Positions 47,699-57,445 of a DNA stretch of 64,000 nucleotides are shown here, one piece after another; position 1 is the stretch's first letter; each line of letters starts with the position of its first letter. Origin of the DNA: Alphaproteobacteria bacterium (GTDB taxonomy: Bacteria; Pseudomonadota; Alphaproteobacteria; Bin95); assembly GCA_965205265.1 (NCBI GenBank), contig CBDBGH010000003.1, forward strand, positions 5,184,001 through 5,248,000. Reading direction: 5' to 3'. Under the pieces are notes generated by a model. That model searched no databases, was not told where the DNA came from, and saw only the letters and a list, made by a program, of their open reading frames with translations. Made by a program: the position numbers and the translations under genes.

Positions 47699-48290
47699 TC
47701 GGAGGGCGCGGGAATATAGGGCGGCTTGCGAATTTGGGAAGGGCCGGGCGGTCCGTTGCCTTGTCTGCGGCGAATGGCAAGCCTGTTCATGCGTGCCACC
47801 TGAGCACATGAGAGCTGCAGAGCCGGGTGTCGGGGGCTTGGCTAGACAGGAGCGCCGTTCTCCCTTACAGTATTCTTGGAAGGTGCATGGGGTATATGGG
47901 GTATCCCTCTACCAGCCGAGCAGACGCCGACGGGCACCCCTGCCAGCCGAAAGAGGGTCACCTTTCCCGTTCCTTGCGACGGCGAGGAATGACATGGCGA
48001 GGCAAGGGAACGGCGGCTCCGGCCGCCGTTCGCTCGTTGGGCGGCTTGCATGAGCGGCTCCCCCCCCTGCCTTCTCGATCCGCAACCCGGCCGAACGCGG
48101 CGCGGTCCTCGTACGCTGGCCCGTCGGCGCATGGCATGACTTTCGGATGTGCCGCGGGAAGACAGTGAACAGCACGGCAGCATGCCTCTGGCGTGCCGGA
48201 GATCCTGCGGGCGGTGCGGATTTTCATGGGACTGACATAGAGTGGCGGCAGTGCGCCGGCCGTCCCGAGGGGCCGAGAGGAGAGTGACAG

Positions 48291-49442
48291 ATGGATTCCA
48301 CGCCGATCACGTTGGAGGAAATCCGTGAACTGGTCGCGTCCCGGCAGAGCGGTCGGCGGCTCGACCTGAGGGGGCGTGACCTCTCAGGCCTGGACCTCTC
48401 GGGTTTTGCTCTCGGGGCCGTCGATCTGAAATTCTGCAATGCCGCCGGAACGAGGTTCGACGGTGCGGAGCTGACCGGCTCGGACTGGGAGGGAACGGAT
48501 CTGAAGGGGGCGAGCTTCAGAAATGCGGGCTTGAGCGGGGCCTTCTTCAGCATGAACGGGGAGCTTTCCGAGGTCGATTTCACTGGAGCCATGCTGCGCG
48601 AGGCTCACTTCTACGATTGCAGCATGGAGAATATCGATTTCACGAACGCCGACCTTTCAGGTGCGGACTTCCATTCGGTAACGGCGCAGAGCGTGATCTT
48701 CGACGGCGCGGATCTCCGGAACATCGAGCGGACCGACGCCAGTGTCCCGTTCCCTGCCATGAACTGGCGGAAGGCGGAAACCCGGGCGGCCGCCAACCTT
48801 CTGGCCCTGGTCGAGGACTATGGCAGGGAGGCGGAGAAGGCGCACCCGGCCCAGGTTGAGATATCGCTCGAGCAACTCAATGGTGCCTTGGCCGAGGTCA
48901 TGGAGCGCGCCCGGGAGCGGAGCAGGGAGGCGCAGCAGGCTCGTGCGGCGCTCCATGTCCGTGTCTTGAACGGCGAGCGCCGGTTTGCAGGAGAACGATT
49001 CGAGTTCATGACCCTGACGGACCTCGACCTGTCGGGTTGTGACTTCTCGGGCTGCTCCTTCCGGGGGAGCCGACTGTCGGGGTCCGACCTGTCCGGGGCC
49101 ATCCTGAAAGATACCTTCCTGCTGGACGCCGTCTTCAACGGGGCCAAGTGCAGGAAGACCGACTTCACGTCCGCGTCGGCGACCATGGCGAGCTTCCTGG
49201 GCGCGGACATGAGGGAGGCGGTGCTGCGGCAGGCCTCCCTCGACAATGCCGACTTCCGGGGCGCCTGGCTCGAGGACACGGATTTCTCCGGGGCGGAAGG
49301 CAGGAACATCGATTTCCGGGAGGCGCACATGGGGGCAGACGAATGGGAGGGGGCGGAGATTGCCGGCCCGATCCTGCGCAGCCCGCGGACGGGTCCGGAG
49401 GCCGCTCCTGAAGACGCGGTGGCGGCTGGCCCCGCGCCATGA
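48291..49442 (+). CDS. Pentapeptide repeat protein (two modules, helical linker)
   Basis: AGGAG RBS; repeats; second cap RVLNGERRF; tail AAGPAP. Confidence 0.9.
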   Translation: MDSTPITLEEIRELVASRQSGRRLDLRGRDLSGLDLSGFALGAVDLKFCNAAGTRFDGAELTGSDWEGTDLKGASFRNAGLSGAFFSMNGELSEVDFTGAMLREAHFYDCSMENIDFTNADLSGADFHSVTAQSVIFDGADLRNIERTDASVPFPAMNWRKAETRAAANLLALVEDYGREAEKAHPAQVEISLEQLNGALAEVMERARERSREAQQARAALHVRVLNGERRFAGERFEFMTLTDLDLSGCDFSGCSFRGSRLSGSDLSGAILKDTFLLDAVFNGAKCRKTDFTSASATMASFLGADMREAVLRQASLDNADFRGAWLEDTDFSGAEGRNIDFREAHMGADEWEGAEIAGPILRSPRTGPEAAPEDAVAAGPAP

Positions 49443-49909
49443 GGCGCGCACAGGAGCGGGGCCCCGGAGACAACCAGGCCCTGGGCGGGCTGTGAGGAGG
49501 GGTCTTTCCGAAACGCAAGCGAACCCTGAATCCAAGGTGCCGGAAGGCCCGTAGGGCAGGTTTGGTCATTTCAGGAGAGCCGATGAAGATTTTGGGGGGA
49601 GGAATCGAGCCCGCCAATTGCCGAGCGGGCGATGCATCTCCGCCGACCTCCGGTCCCCGGCTCACCGCGAGAGCCGTGTTCACCACCAGTCAGCCGGTTC
49701 TTCCTCCGGCGGGACATCCGTCCAGCGAACGGACAGGTCGCGGAACGATCCCGGCAGCCCGGACAGGGCCGGGTCGTCGAAGGACAGGCCGAGATGTCCC
49801 GTCGCGATCGCGGCGGCGAGGCGCGCCTGTTCCGCGTCCCGGACCCGTTTCAGCGGGTCCCGGGTGGAGTCGTTTTCCACGATCCACTGCTTTTGCAGGG
49901 CGAACACCC

Positions 49910-51091
49910 TAGTATCCTGATCGAGAAGTTTATTAGAATAAGATTATCGGTTTTGATGGAGGGCTGACCGGTGGGGAGAGCAGCGGTCGCGATTACTTTG
50001 TCGGCAGCAGAACGACGAGAGTTGGAGGGTTTGGCGCGGCGTCGGAAGACGGCGCAGGGACTGGCGCGTCGGGCTCGGATTGTCCTGGCTGCTGCTGAGG
50101 GTCTGGAGAACAAGGCGATAGTTGCGCGCTTGGGAGCGGATGCGAATACGGTCGGCAAATGGCGGCGGCGTTTTGCCGAGCGCGGGCTTGACGGGCTCTA
50201 TGACGAGCCGCGCCCGGGCGCTCCGCGCAAGATCGGTGACGAGGAGGTTGCGGAGGTCATTGCCCGCACCCTGGAAGAAACACCCCCCGACGGCACGCAT
50301 TGGAGCCTGCGCTCGATGGCGCGCGCTGCAGGCTATGCGCCCTCGACGATCCATCGCATCTGGCAGGCTTTCGGCCTGCAGCCGCATCGCTCGGAGACGT
50401 TCAAGCTGTCGTCGGACCCACTGTTTGTGGAGAAGGTGCGGGACATTGTCGGCCTCTATCTCGACCCGCCCGAGCGCGCGCTGGTGCTCTGCGTCGATGA
50501 GAAGAGCCAGATCCAAGCTCTGGACCGCTCCCGCCCGCTGCTTCCCATGCGGCCGGGTCAGGTCGAGCGGCGTACTCATGACTACACGCGCCATGGCACC
50601 ACCACGCTGTTCGCGGCGCTGGACATCGCCACCGGCCGGGTCATCGGCCAGTGCTTGCCGCGCCACCGCAGCCGGGAGTTCCTCAAGTTCCTGCGCACGC
50701 TCGAAGCCCAGGTCCCCGGCGAACTCGACGTCCATCTGGTGATGGACAACTACGCAACCCACAAGACGCCCGCCGTCCGGCGTTGGCTGGCCCGGCATCC
50801 CCGCTGGCATGTCCACTTCACGCCCACCGGCGCCTCCTGGCTCAACCAGGTCGAGCGCTTCTTCGCACTCTTGACCGAGAAACAGCTCAGGCGCGGGGTT
50901 CATCGCTCGCCCCAGGAACTCGAGCAGGCCATCCGGAACTACATCGACACCGTCAACGCCGACCCGCGACCCTTCCGCTGGACCAAATCCGCCGACGACA
51001 TCCTTGCCACCATCAAGCGCTTCTGTCTGCGGACGCTGGAAACTGCCGAACGCCAGATGAAAATCATCAAAACTTCAGAATCAGGACACTA
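49910..51091 (+). mobile_element. IS630-family element
   Basis: IRs TAGTATCCTGATCGAGAAGTTT / AAACTTCAGAATCAGGACACTA; inserted at CTAG with TA duplication. Confidence 0.92.
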
Positions 51092-51092
51092 G
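49971..51092 (+). CDS. IS630-family transposase
   Basis: [18 protein letters not shown] and [10 protein letters not shown] motifs. Confidence 0.93.
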   Translation: MGRAAVAITLSAAERRELEGLARRRKTAQGLARRARIVLAAAEGLENKAIVARLGADANTVGKWRRRFAERGLDGLYDEPRPGAPRKIGDEEVAEVIARTLEETPPDGTHWSLRSMARAAGYAPSTIHRIWQAFGLQPHRSETFKLSSDPLFVEKVRDIVGLYLDPPERALVLCVDEKSQIQALDRSRPLLPMRPGQVERRTHDYTRHGTTTLFAALDIATGRVIGQCLPRHRSREFLKFLRTLEAQVPGELDVHLVMDNYATHKTPAVRRWLARHPRWHVHFTPTGASWLNQVERFFALLTEKQLRRGVHRSPQELEQAIRNYIDTVNADPRPFRWTKSADDILATIKRFCLRTLETAERQMKIIKTSESGH

Positions 51093-52140
51093 GGTCGAGG
51101 GTGACAAGCCGCACGGGCAGACCGGATTCATCGAAAGCCGTCGCTTCGAATTTCGGGGTGTTCAGGAGCCAGCGGCTGCTTTCGGTTGCAGCCGCGAGCA
51201 GGTCCTCCGGATGGTCCGACAGGCTCGCCTGACCTTCCCGCATGATTCTGTCATGGTCCAGAGGTTCCAGAAGGTCGACCGTGTACCCATTCCTGTTGGC
51301 GGCCGAGTAATGCCGGCCCGTTTTCCTGAAGGACCTGTCAACGGACTGGAGCGCCCCGACCAGCCCCTTCCCGGCCATCTCTCCGGAAAGACGCAGGCGC
51401 CGACGCGCGTCGCACGCCAGCAGACCGGCTTCGATCCTCACCCCCGCCGCCGCTTCATAGGCGAACAATGAATGCGTTCCCAGAACGATCAGGGAGGTCC
51501 CGAGCCAGTTCAGGTCGTCCAATTTCCGCATGATCCGGGCCGCCAGCGCCGGCACACGTCCCAGGCCGCGGGCCCGGAGCACCCGCGCCCTGCCGTCGAT
51601 CTGCCGCCTGAGCGCGGTGAACCGCTCCAGAGCCCGGGTCTTCCCATCGAGGAATTGCTCCAGTATCTTTTCGGTTTCGGGAGAGCGGCGGCCATAGGAC
51701 TTCCTCGTAGAGAGCCCGTGGGGGCGGCGAATGAGGTATTCGGCGTCTCCCCGTCTTTCGAATTTCAGCGATCCGCCGTAGCTGTGGCGCGTGTCCCGGC
51801 GCGCCTCCCGGAACAGGTCGAACCGGTCCCGGGCGTCCACGGAATCCCGGAGGCTGTCATAGTCCAACTGTATGATTTCCGTCATTTTTGCCAATTCTTC
51901 CTTGGATTCTTTTATCTTTTGGCAAAAACAGGAAAAATCAAGGTGTTGCGATAGAGTTTTTGAGCCTGGGCGAAGCCGCCGCGCGCGAGCCGCAATCGCA
52001 GGTGACAAGCCGAAAGCTCCGGGAGGCGCCAGGTTGAGGACACGGGATTCCCCCCAAAATATTCTCGGCTCTCATTTCAGGTCGAGGGGCTATCGTGAGA
52101 CTGGATGACAGCGCACGGTCCGGAGAAAGGGAGTCGGGCG

Positions 52141-53373
52141 ATGGAGTTGAAGCCGATATCGCAGCAGGAGCTGGAGGACCGGCTCGGCAGCCAGCGCTGG
52201 CCAGCCGACGTGCCGGACGCCGACGGCAACAACCTGCTGCACCGGGCGGCGGGACTCGGCGATCTGCGGAGTCTGGAGCTGCTTCTGGAGCCGAAGGGGC
52301 AAGGCAATCCCTGGCTGGTCAACGCCAGGGGAGAGACGCCCATGGCGCTGGCCGCTGCGGGTGGGCACGCCGACGCGATCAGGCTTCTTCTGGAAGCGGG
52401 GGTGCCTTCGTATGGAGCGGACAAGGCCGGGCGGAGCCCGTTGCACAGGGCTGCGGAAGCCGGCGCCGCCCATGCCGTGTCGGTTCTTCTGGAGGCCGGG
52501 GCCGCGGTTGACCCCGCCGACAAGCGCGGCCGGACACCCCTTCTCCTGGCTGTGTCCGCGGGGCATGAGAAGGTCGCGCGCCGCCTGCATCGCGCCGGGG
52601 CCGATCCTTGCCGGGAAGGCGGCTGGCTCGGCATGACGCCGCTTCATGAAGCGGTCCGCCTCAACCTCTCAAGTCTGGCCGGCAGCTTCATCGTCCAAGG
52701 GGAGAGAGCGAGCCCGCGCGATGCCTGGGGCCGGACGCCGCTTCATCTCGCCGCCCAGCGCGGGAATCGCGAGGCGTGCGTCACGCTGATCGCGCTGGGA
52801 GCGGATGTCGATACGCAGGACAGGAACGGCAATACGCCCCTGCACAGCGCGTGCCGGGGGGAGTTGCACGGAAACACCGACGCCAAGGAGCGGGGGGACA
52901 TCGTGCATCTTCTTGTCGATGGCGGCGCAGCCGACCCGAATATAGCCAATCAGGACGGGCAGACGGCCCTGCATTGGGCCGCGGCCGAGATGTTTACGGA
53001 AAGCCTGAAGAACTTGCTGGATGCTGACGGGGATCCGAACCTGCTCGACCAGAACAGACATACGCCGTTCCGTTGGGTGGTGATGAGCGGATATCCGGAT
53101 CTGGTCTCGATGGTGCTCAGCGCCGGCGCCGATCCGGATATGCGGGATATCCGGGGAGAGACGTCCCTGCACTGGGCGGCCCGACAGGGGTTCGGCGATG
53201 TGGTGGGGGTGCTACTCAAGGCCCGGGCGGATCCGCACGTCCTGAACAGGGACGGGCAGAGTCCCTTCGATCTCGCGAGTGAATGTCGGGGGGCGGACGG
53301 AACGCTGGACCACTATAACCTGCTGAAGGAGGCACAGGCTCCGGCCGGCGGAGATCTCCCGGAACCGGCCTAG
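52141..53373 (+). CDS. Ankyrin repeat protein (about 10 repeats)
   Basis: Recurrent G.TPLH.AA motifs; tail DLPEPA. Confidence 0.9.
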   Translation: MELKPISQQELEDRLGSQRWPADVPDADGNNLLHRAAGLGDLRSLELLLEPKGQGNPWLVNARGETPMALAAAGGHADAIRLLLEAGVPSYGADKAGRSPLHRAAEAGAAHAVSVLLEAGAAVDPADKRGRTPLLLAVSAGHEKVARRLHRAGADPCREGGWLGMTPLHEAVRLNLSSLAGSFIVQGERASPRDAWGRTPLHLAAQRGNREACVTLIALGADVDTQDRNGNTPLHSACRGELHGNTDAKERGDIVHLLVDGGAADPNIANQDGQTALHWAAAEMFTESLKNLLDADGDPNLLDQNRHTPFRWVVMSGYPDLVSMVLSAGADPDMRDIRGETSLHWAARQGFGDVVGVLLKARADPHVLNRDGQSPFDLASECRGADGTLDHYNLLKEAQAPAGGDLPEPA

Positions 53374-53374
53374 A

Positions 53375-54355
53375 TCAGCAGGGGGTCGGGGCTTCAGGGC
53401 TGTCTGCGGAAGGCACATCGTCGAGCTTCGCCCCGCTCAGCTTGGCCATGTGAAGCTGATGGGCGAACCTGGTATTGGCGCCGCGCAGGTCCGCATCGAC
53501 GAAAAAGGCCTCCCCGCAGCTCGCATAGGCGAGACTGGCGTGAAGCAGGACGGCTCCGGAAAAGTCGGCGCCGGCGAGATTGGCCTTGTCGAGCGAGGCC
53601 CGTGTGAGGTCCGTCCGGGCCAGACAGGCGTCGGAGAAATCGACCTCGCCGAGAACGGCCCGGGCCATCGAGGCCCTCTCGAGATCCGCACTCACAAAAT
53701 TCGCGAACAGGAGAGTCGTCCGGCCGAGAGACGCCCCGCGCAAGCTGGCGTTCGTGAAGGAAGAGCCGTTGGCGACGGCGTCGCGCAGGCAGGCCTCATT
53801 GAGATTTGCACCCTCGAAATTACACCGCCACAGCTCGGCATCCTCCAGCGAAGCCCGACGGAGGAAGGCGTGTTTGAACGAGGTTTCCACACATATGGCC
53901 CCGTTCATCTGGGCTCCTGTGAAGTCGGCTCCTTCGCATTCGCAGTCCGTGAGGATCACGGAACTCATATACGCCCCGCGGAAACTCGCGCCCTTGAAGG
54001 AGGCGCCGGTGAGGTCGAGATGCTGCAGAAACTGCCCGGAGAAGTCCTGGCCGTCGAAATTGCGTTCGCCGGCGGCGTAGCGGGCGCCGAGTTCGGCTTG
54101 GGACGGCCCGCGCCGGGAGGCGAGGATGTCGCCTGGGCGACGTTCCACGAGCCGGTCGGGCGCCGGGACGTGGATGTTGTCTTCGTGTATCTCAAGGACG
54201 TAGGGATTCCCGGCGTCCCCGTCTTTCCAGCTATCGCGGTAGTCGCAGAGAGCGACGGCCTTCTCGAAGCCGCGGTCGACATCGTCCGCCTCAACCTCGA
54301 CCTCGGCGCTATAGGACCTCGTGTAGGCGAGTGCGAACGTCCAGGTTTTGGTCAT
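53375..54355 (-). CDS. Pentapeptide repeat protein with N-terminal extra domain (tandem copy 6)
   Basis: N-domain WTFAL..VEVEADD; RYAAGERNF cap. Confidence 0.88.
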   Translation of the reverse strand: MTKTWTFALAYTRSYSAEVEVEADDVDRGFEKAVALCDYRDSWKDGDAGNPYVLEIHEDNIHVPAPDRLVERRPGDILASRRGPSQAELGARYAAGERNFDGQDFSGQFLQHLDLTGASFKGASFRGAYMSSVILTDCECEGADFTGAQMNGAICVETSFKHAFLRRASLEDAELWRCNFEGANLNEACLRDAVANGSSFTNASLRGASLGRTTLLFANFVSADLERASMARAVLGEVDFSDACLARTDLTRASLDKANLAGADFSGAVLLHASLAYASCGEAFFVDADLRGANTRFAHQLHMAKLSGAKLDDVPSADSPEAPTPC

Positions 54356-54374
54356 GGCAGTGAACTCCTCTCCG

Positions 54375-55343
54375 TCATTCGGCAATCGCCGGTCGGGAAC
54401 CGGACAGGGTGTCCTGCTCCCGATCCATGAAGGTCCTGGCGGTGTTGGCGCCGACGAGCTCGGCGCCGGCCATGCTGCAGGCGGTGAACACGGTGCAGGG
54501 CATGTTGGTGCCGACAAACTGCGCCCGCTCGAGCCGGGCTCTGTAGAATCCCGTGTCGTCGAGCGAGGCCCGGGAGAAGTCCGCCCCGGCCGCCTGGGCA
54601 TATTCGAAGAGGCAGTCGGCCACCAGCGCCCCGGCAAAGGTCGCGCGCTCGAGGGGAGTTCCGATGAAGTGGGTCTTCCGGATGCTCGCCGACAGGAACG
54701 AGGCGTCGGTCAGGTCCGTCTGCCGGAATGCGGCCGACGAGACAATGGCGCCGCGGAAGCCGGCGTTCCGGGCCCTGGCGCTCCCGAATGTCGTGCGCCA
54801 GAGCCGTGCCCGGTCGAACGATGCGCTGTCCAGACAGGCCTCGTCGAAAACCGCCTCGTCGAGGATGGCCGTGTCTAGCCGGGCGCCGTTGAAGACGGCC
54901 TTGCGGCAGTTGGCGCCGGTCAGCCGGAGGCCGTGCAGTTTCGCGCCTTCGAAAACGGCTTCGACAAGATCGGCGCCGGAGAGGTCGGCACCCGACAGGT
55001 CCATATGCGCGAAGTTCTCGCCGCTGAAGTCGCGCTCGCCCGCATCGTAGCGGGCGGCGAGTTCGATGGCGTCGGCGGACCGGTTCACGGACGGCCAGTC
55101 GGGGATCGGGCGCGCCAGGGGAGCCACAGGGATGCCGGCCGGGATCGGCAGCACGCTACCGGCCTCGGTGAGTTCGTAGGCGTAGGCCCGGTCGGTGGCG
55201 ATCACATCCCAGAGTCCGTCCCGGTCGGCGCGGACAGCCGCATCGGCGAAGGCTTCCTCGACAGTATTGCCGGCGCCTGCCGCCAGGGCGGCGTGGGACT
55301 GCCTGCGGATCAGGCCGAATTCGATGGTTCTGGTCATGCGCAT
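54375..55343 (-). CDS. Pentapeptide repeat protein with N-terminal extra domain (copy 5)
   Basis: N-domain ..TVEEAF..A..LW; RYDAGERDF cap. Confidence 0.88.
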   Translation of the reverse strand: MRMTRTIEFGLIRRQSHAALAAGAGNTVEEAFADAAVRADRDGLWDVIATDRAYAYELTEAGSVLPIPAGIPVAPLARPIPDWPSVNRSADAIELAARYDAGERDFSGENFAHMDLSGADLSGADLVEAVFEGAKLHGLRLTGANCRKAVFNGARLDTAILDEAVFDEACLDSASFDRARLWRTTFGSARARNAGFRGAIVSSAAFRQTDLTDASFLSASIRKTHFIGTPLERATFAGALVADCLFEYAQAAGADFSRASLDDTGFYRARLERAQFVGTNMPCTVFTACSMAGAELVGANTARTFMDREQDTLSGSRPAIAE

Positions 55344-55352
55344 GCGCTCCGG

Positions 55353-56375
55353 TCAGGGTGTCGGCTCCGGCAACTGGTTCGCAGGGGCGCTCGGCTCGCC
55401 GCCCCGCCGCATCGCGGTTACCCAGTCGGCGAGCGCGTCATCCATGATGGCGTCCTCCAGGTTGGCACAGTGGATATCGGAGGAACGGGCGTTGACGCCG
55501 GTGAGGTCCGCCCGGACGAGCGTGGCGTCCGCGAACTTGGCGCCGGGCATGTTCGCCTCCCTGAAAAGCGTGTCCGAGCAGTCCGCGGTGAGCAGGGAGG
55601 CTTCGTCAAGAAGGGCATGCTCGAAATCGGAGCGGACGAGCCGGGCGCCGTTGAGATTGGCGTGGAAGAAGTTCGCCTTGCGGCAGGAGGCATGGGATAG
55701 ATCGGTGCGGACGAAGATCGCATGGGTGAATTCGCCGTCGAACAGGGTGGCATGCTTCAGCGAGGCGTCGGAGAAGTGGCACCGGGACGCGCGGGCGTCG
55801 GTAAAGGTGGCCCCGCGAAGGTCGGCCCGGTCCATGACGGCGTGCCAGAGACGTGCGCCGGAGAAGTTCGCATGTCGGGCGTAGGCATTTCCGAAGCCTG
55901 CTTCGTCGAGACAGGCGCCGTTGAAGGCGGCGCCGGCAAGATTCGCGCCGCTGAAGTCCGCGAGGGCAAGCCTGCAGCCTGAGAAGTCCGTTCCGTTCAG
56001 CTTCGCCTCGTAGAAATTGGCCCCGGAGAGATCCAGGCCGGACAGGTCCTGGCCGGAGAAGTCCTCTCCCGCGAAGTCGCGCTCGCCGGCGGCGTAGCGG
56101 GCGGCGAGGGCGCGCGCCGCGCGCCTGTCGCGCCGCTCGGGCGGTCCGGCATGCGGGTTTTCGCCGATGGAATCGGGCACCGCGAGCGATATCCTGCCGT
56201 CGTGGATGTCGGTGGCGTGTTCGCTCTCGACTTCCCCGACGCGCCAGGCGCTGTCGTTGTTGGCGCGCTCGACGGCGGCGTGGAAGGCATCCTCCACGGT
56301 TTCGCCGGCCCCTTGGGCCCGGGCGTGGTAGAGGCGCTTCTGGACCAGTTCGAAGTCGTAGCTTTTTTCTGGCAT
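55353..56375 (-). CDS. Pentapeptide repeat protein with N-terminal extra domain (copy 4)
   Basis: RYAAGERDF cap; tail LPEPTP. Confidence 0.88.
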   Translation of the reverse strand: MPEKSYDFELVQKRLYHARAQGAGETVEDAFHAAVERANNDSAWRVGEVESEHATDIHDGRISLAVPDSIGENPHAGPPERRDRRAARALAARYAAGERDFAGEDFSGQDLSGLDLSGANFYEAKLNGTDFSGCRLALADFSGANLAGAAFNGACLDEAGFGNAYARHANFSGARLWHAVMDRADLRGATFTDARASRCHFSDASLKHATLFDGEFTHAIFVRTDLSHASCRKANFFHANLNGARLVRSDFEHALLDEASLLTADCSDTLFREANMPGAKFADATLVRADLTGVNARSSDIHCANLEDAIMDDALADWVTAMRRGGEPSAPANQLPEPTP

Positions 56376-56394
56376 GGATCGGGATCCCGGGTGG

Positions 56395-57432
56395 TCAGGG
56401 GGCGGGTGCAGCGGCTTCAGGGGCGGCGGCACGGTCGGAAAGGTGCTGAAGCAGCCAGGGATTGTCGGTTTCGACATCCGAAAGCGTTGCTTCGGTGATG
56501 TCCGAACCGCTGGCGTTGACGCCGGTGAGGTCGCTGCCGGTGAAATCTGCGCCGGCGCATGACGCGGACACCAGACTTGCGCCCCTGAGGGCTGCGAAGG
56601 AGACATTGGAACCCCAGAGGGTTGTCTCGTCCAGCACGGCGGCGGTGAGGTCTGCGCCGGACAGGATGGCCTGCTCCAGGGAGGTATTGGTCAGGTTGGC
56701 CCGGCGGAGCGAGGCATGGTCGAGATCCGTGTGCCAACACAGGGCGCCGCCCATCTGGATGCGGTCCAGAACGGCCCGTTTCATGTTGGAACTGCTGAAA
56801 TCGCATTTGGCAGCCATCGCATCGCGCAGGGAGGCGTCCTGGAGGTCGCAAGTCCTGAGCCGGGCGGACCACATGGCGGCCCTGTCGAAGCGGCTGCGCG
56901 GGAGCAGGGCAGTGGAGAGATCCGCTTCCTTCAGGTCGGCATCCCGGAAATCGGCGCCCGGGGCGCGGGCGTTCCTGAAGGACGCATTTGCCAGCTTGCA
57001 GCCCGAGAAATTCGTTCCTTGCAGCCGGGCCCTCTCGAAGCTGGCGGCCGTGAGGTCGAGACCGGACAGGTCCTGGCCTGAGAAGTCCTCGCCCGCGAAG
57101 TCGCGCTCGCCGGCGGCGTAGCGGGCGGCAAGCGTGCGGGCCGCCTCGGACAGATCGTCTTCGGGCCGGCTGGCCGGCTGGATGAAGCCGGGTGTCGGAT
57201 GCTCCGCATATCGGTCCGGAACGGGAAGTCCGAACCCGAGCTTCGAATCGGTCTCGTCGTCCACGACCGCTTCGATGAAGGGGCGGTCGTCCTCGTCGGA
57301 GCCCCAGAGGTCCTCGGCATCGGCTTCCTCTGCGGCGGTATCGAAGGCCTCGTCGATGCTGTCGGCGATGACGGTGACGCGCGCGGTGCGTCGTGTGAGG
57401 AGGGTCAGGTCAAGGGTCCAGGGATCGGACAT
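56395..57432 (-). CDS. Pentapeptide repeat protein with N-terminal extra domain (copy 3)
   Basis: WTLDL..ARVTVIADSIDEAF; RYAAGERDF cap. Confidence 0.88.
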   Translation of the reverse strand: MSDPWTLDLTLLTRRTARVTVIADSIDEAFDTAAEEADAEDLWGSDEDDRPFIEAVVDDETDSKLGFGLPVPDRYAEHPTPGFIQPASRPEDDLSEAARTLAARYAAGERDFAGEDFSGQDLSGLDLTAASFERARLQGTNFSGCKLANASFRNARAPGADFRDADLKEADLSTALLPRSRFDRAAMWSARLRTCDLQDASLRDAMAAKCDFSSSNMKRAVLDRIQMGGALCWHTDLDHASLRRANLTNTSLEQAILSGADLTAAVLDETTLWGSNVSFAALRGASLVSASCAGADFTGSDLTGVNASGSDITEATLSDVETDNPWLLQHLSDRAAAPEAAAPAP

Positions 57433-57445
57433 GGGCCAGCTCCGG

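Larger units (their letters stand above)
49680..51885 (-). pseudogene. GSU2403-like nucleotidyltransferase-fold gene split by IS630
   Basis: VLGTHSLFAYEAAAG motif; N-part ...RLVTLDP continues as RVFALQKQWI... after removing the IS. Confidence 0.7.
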
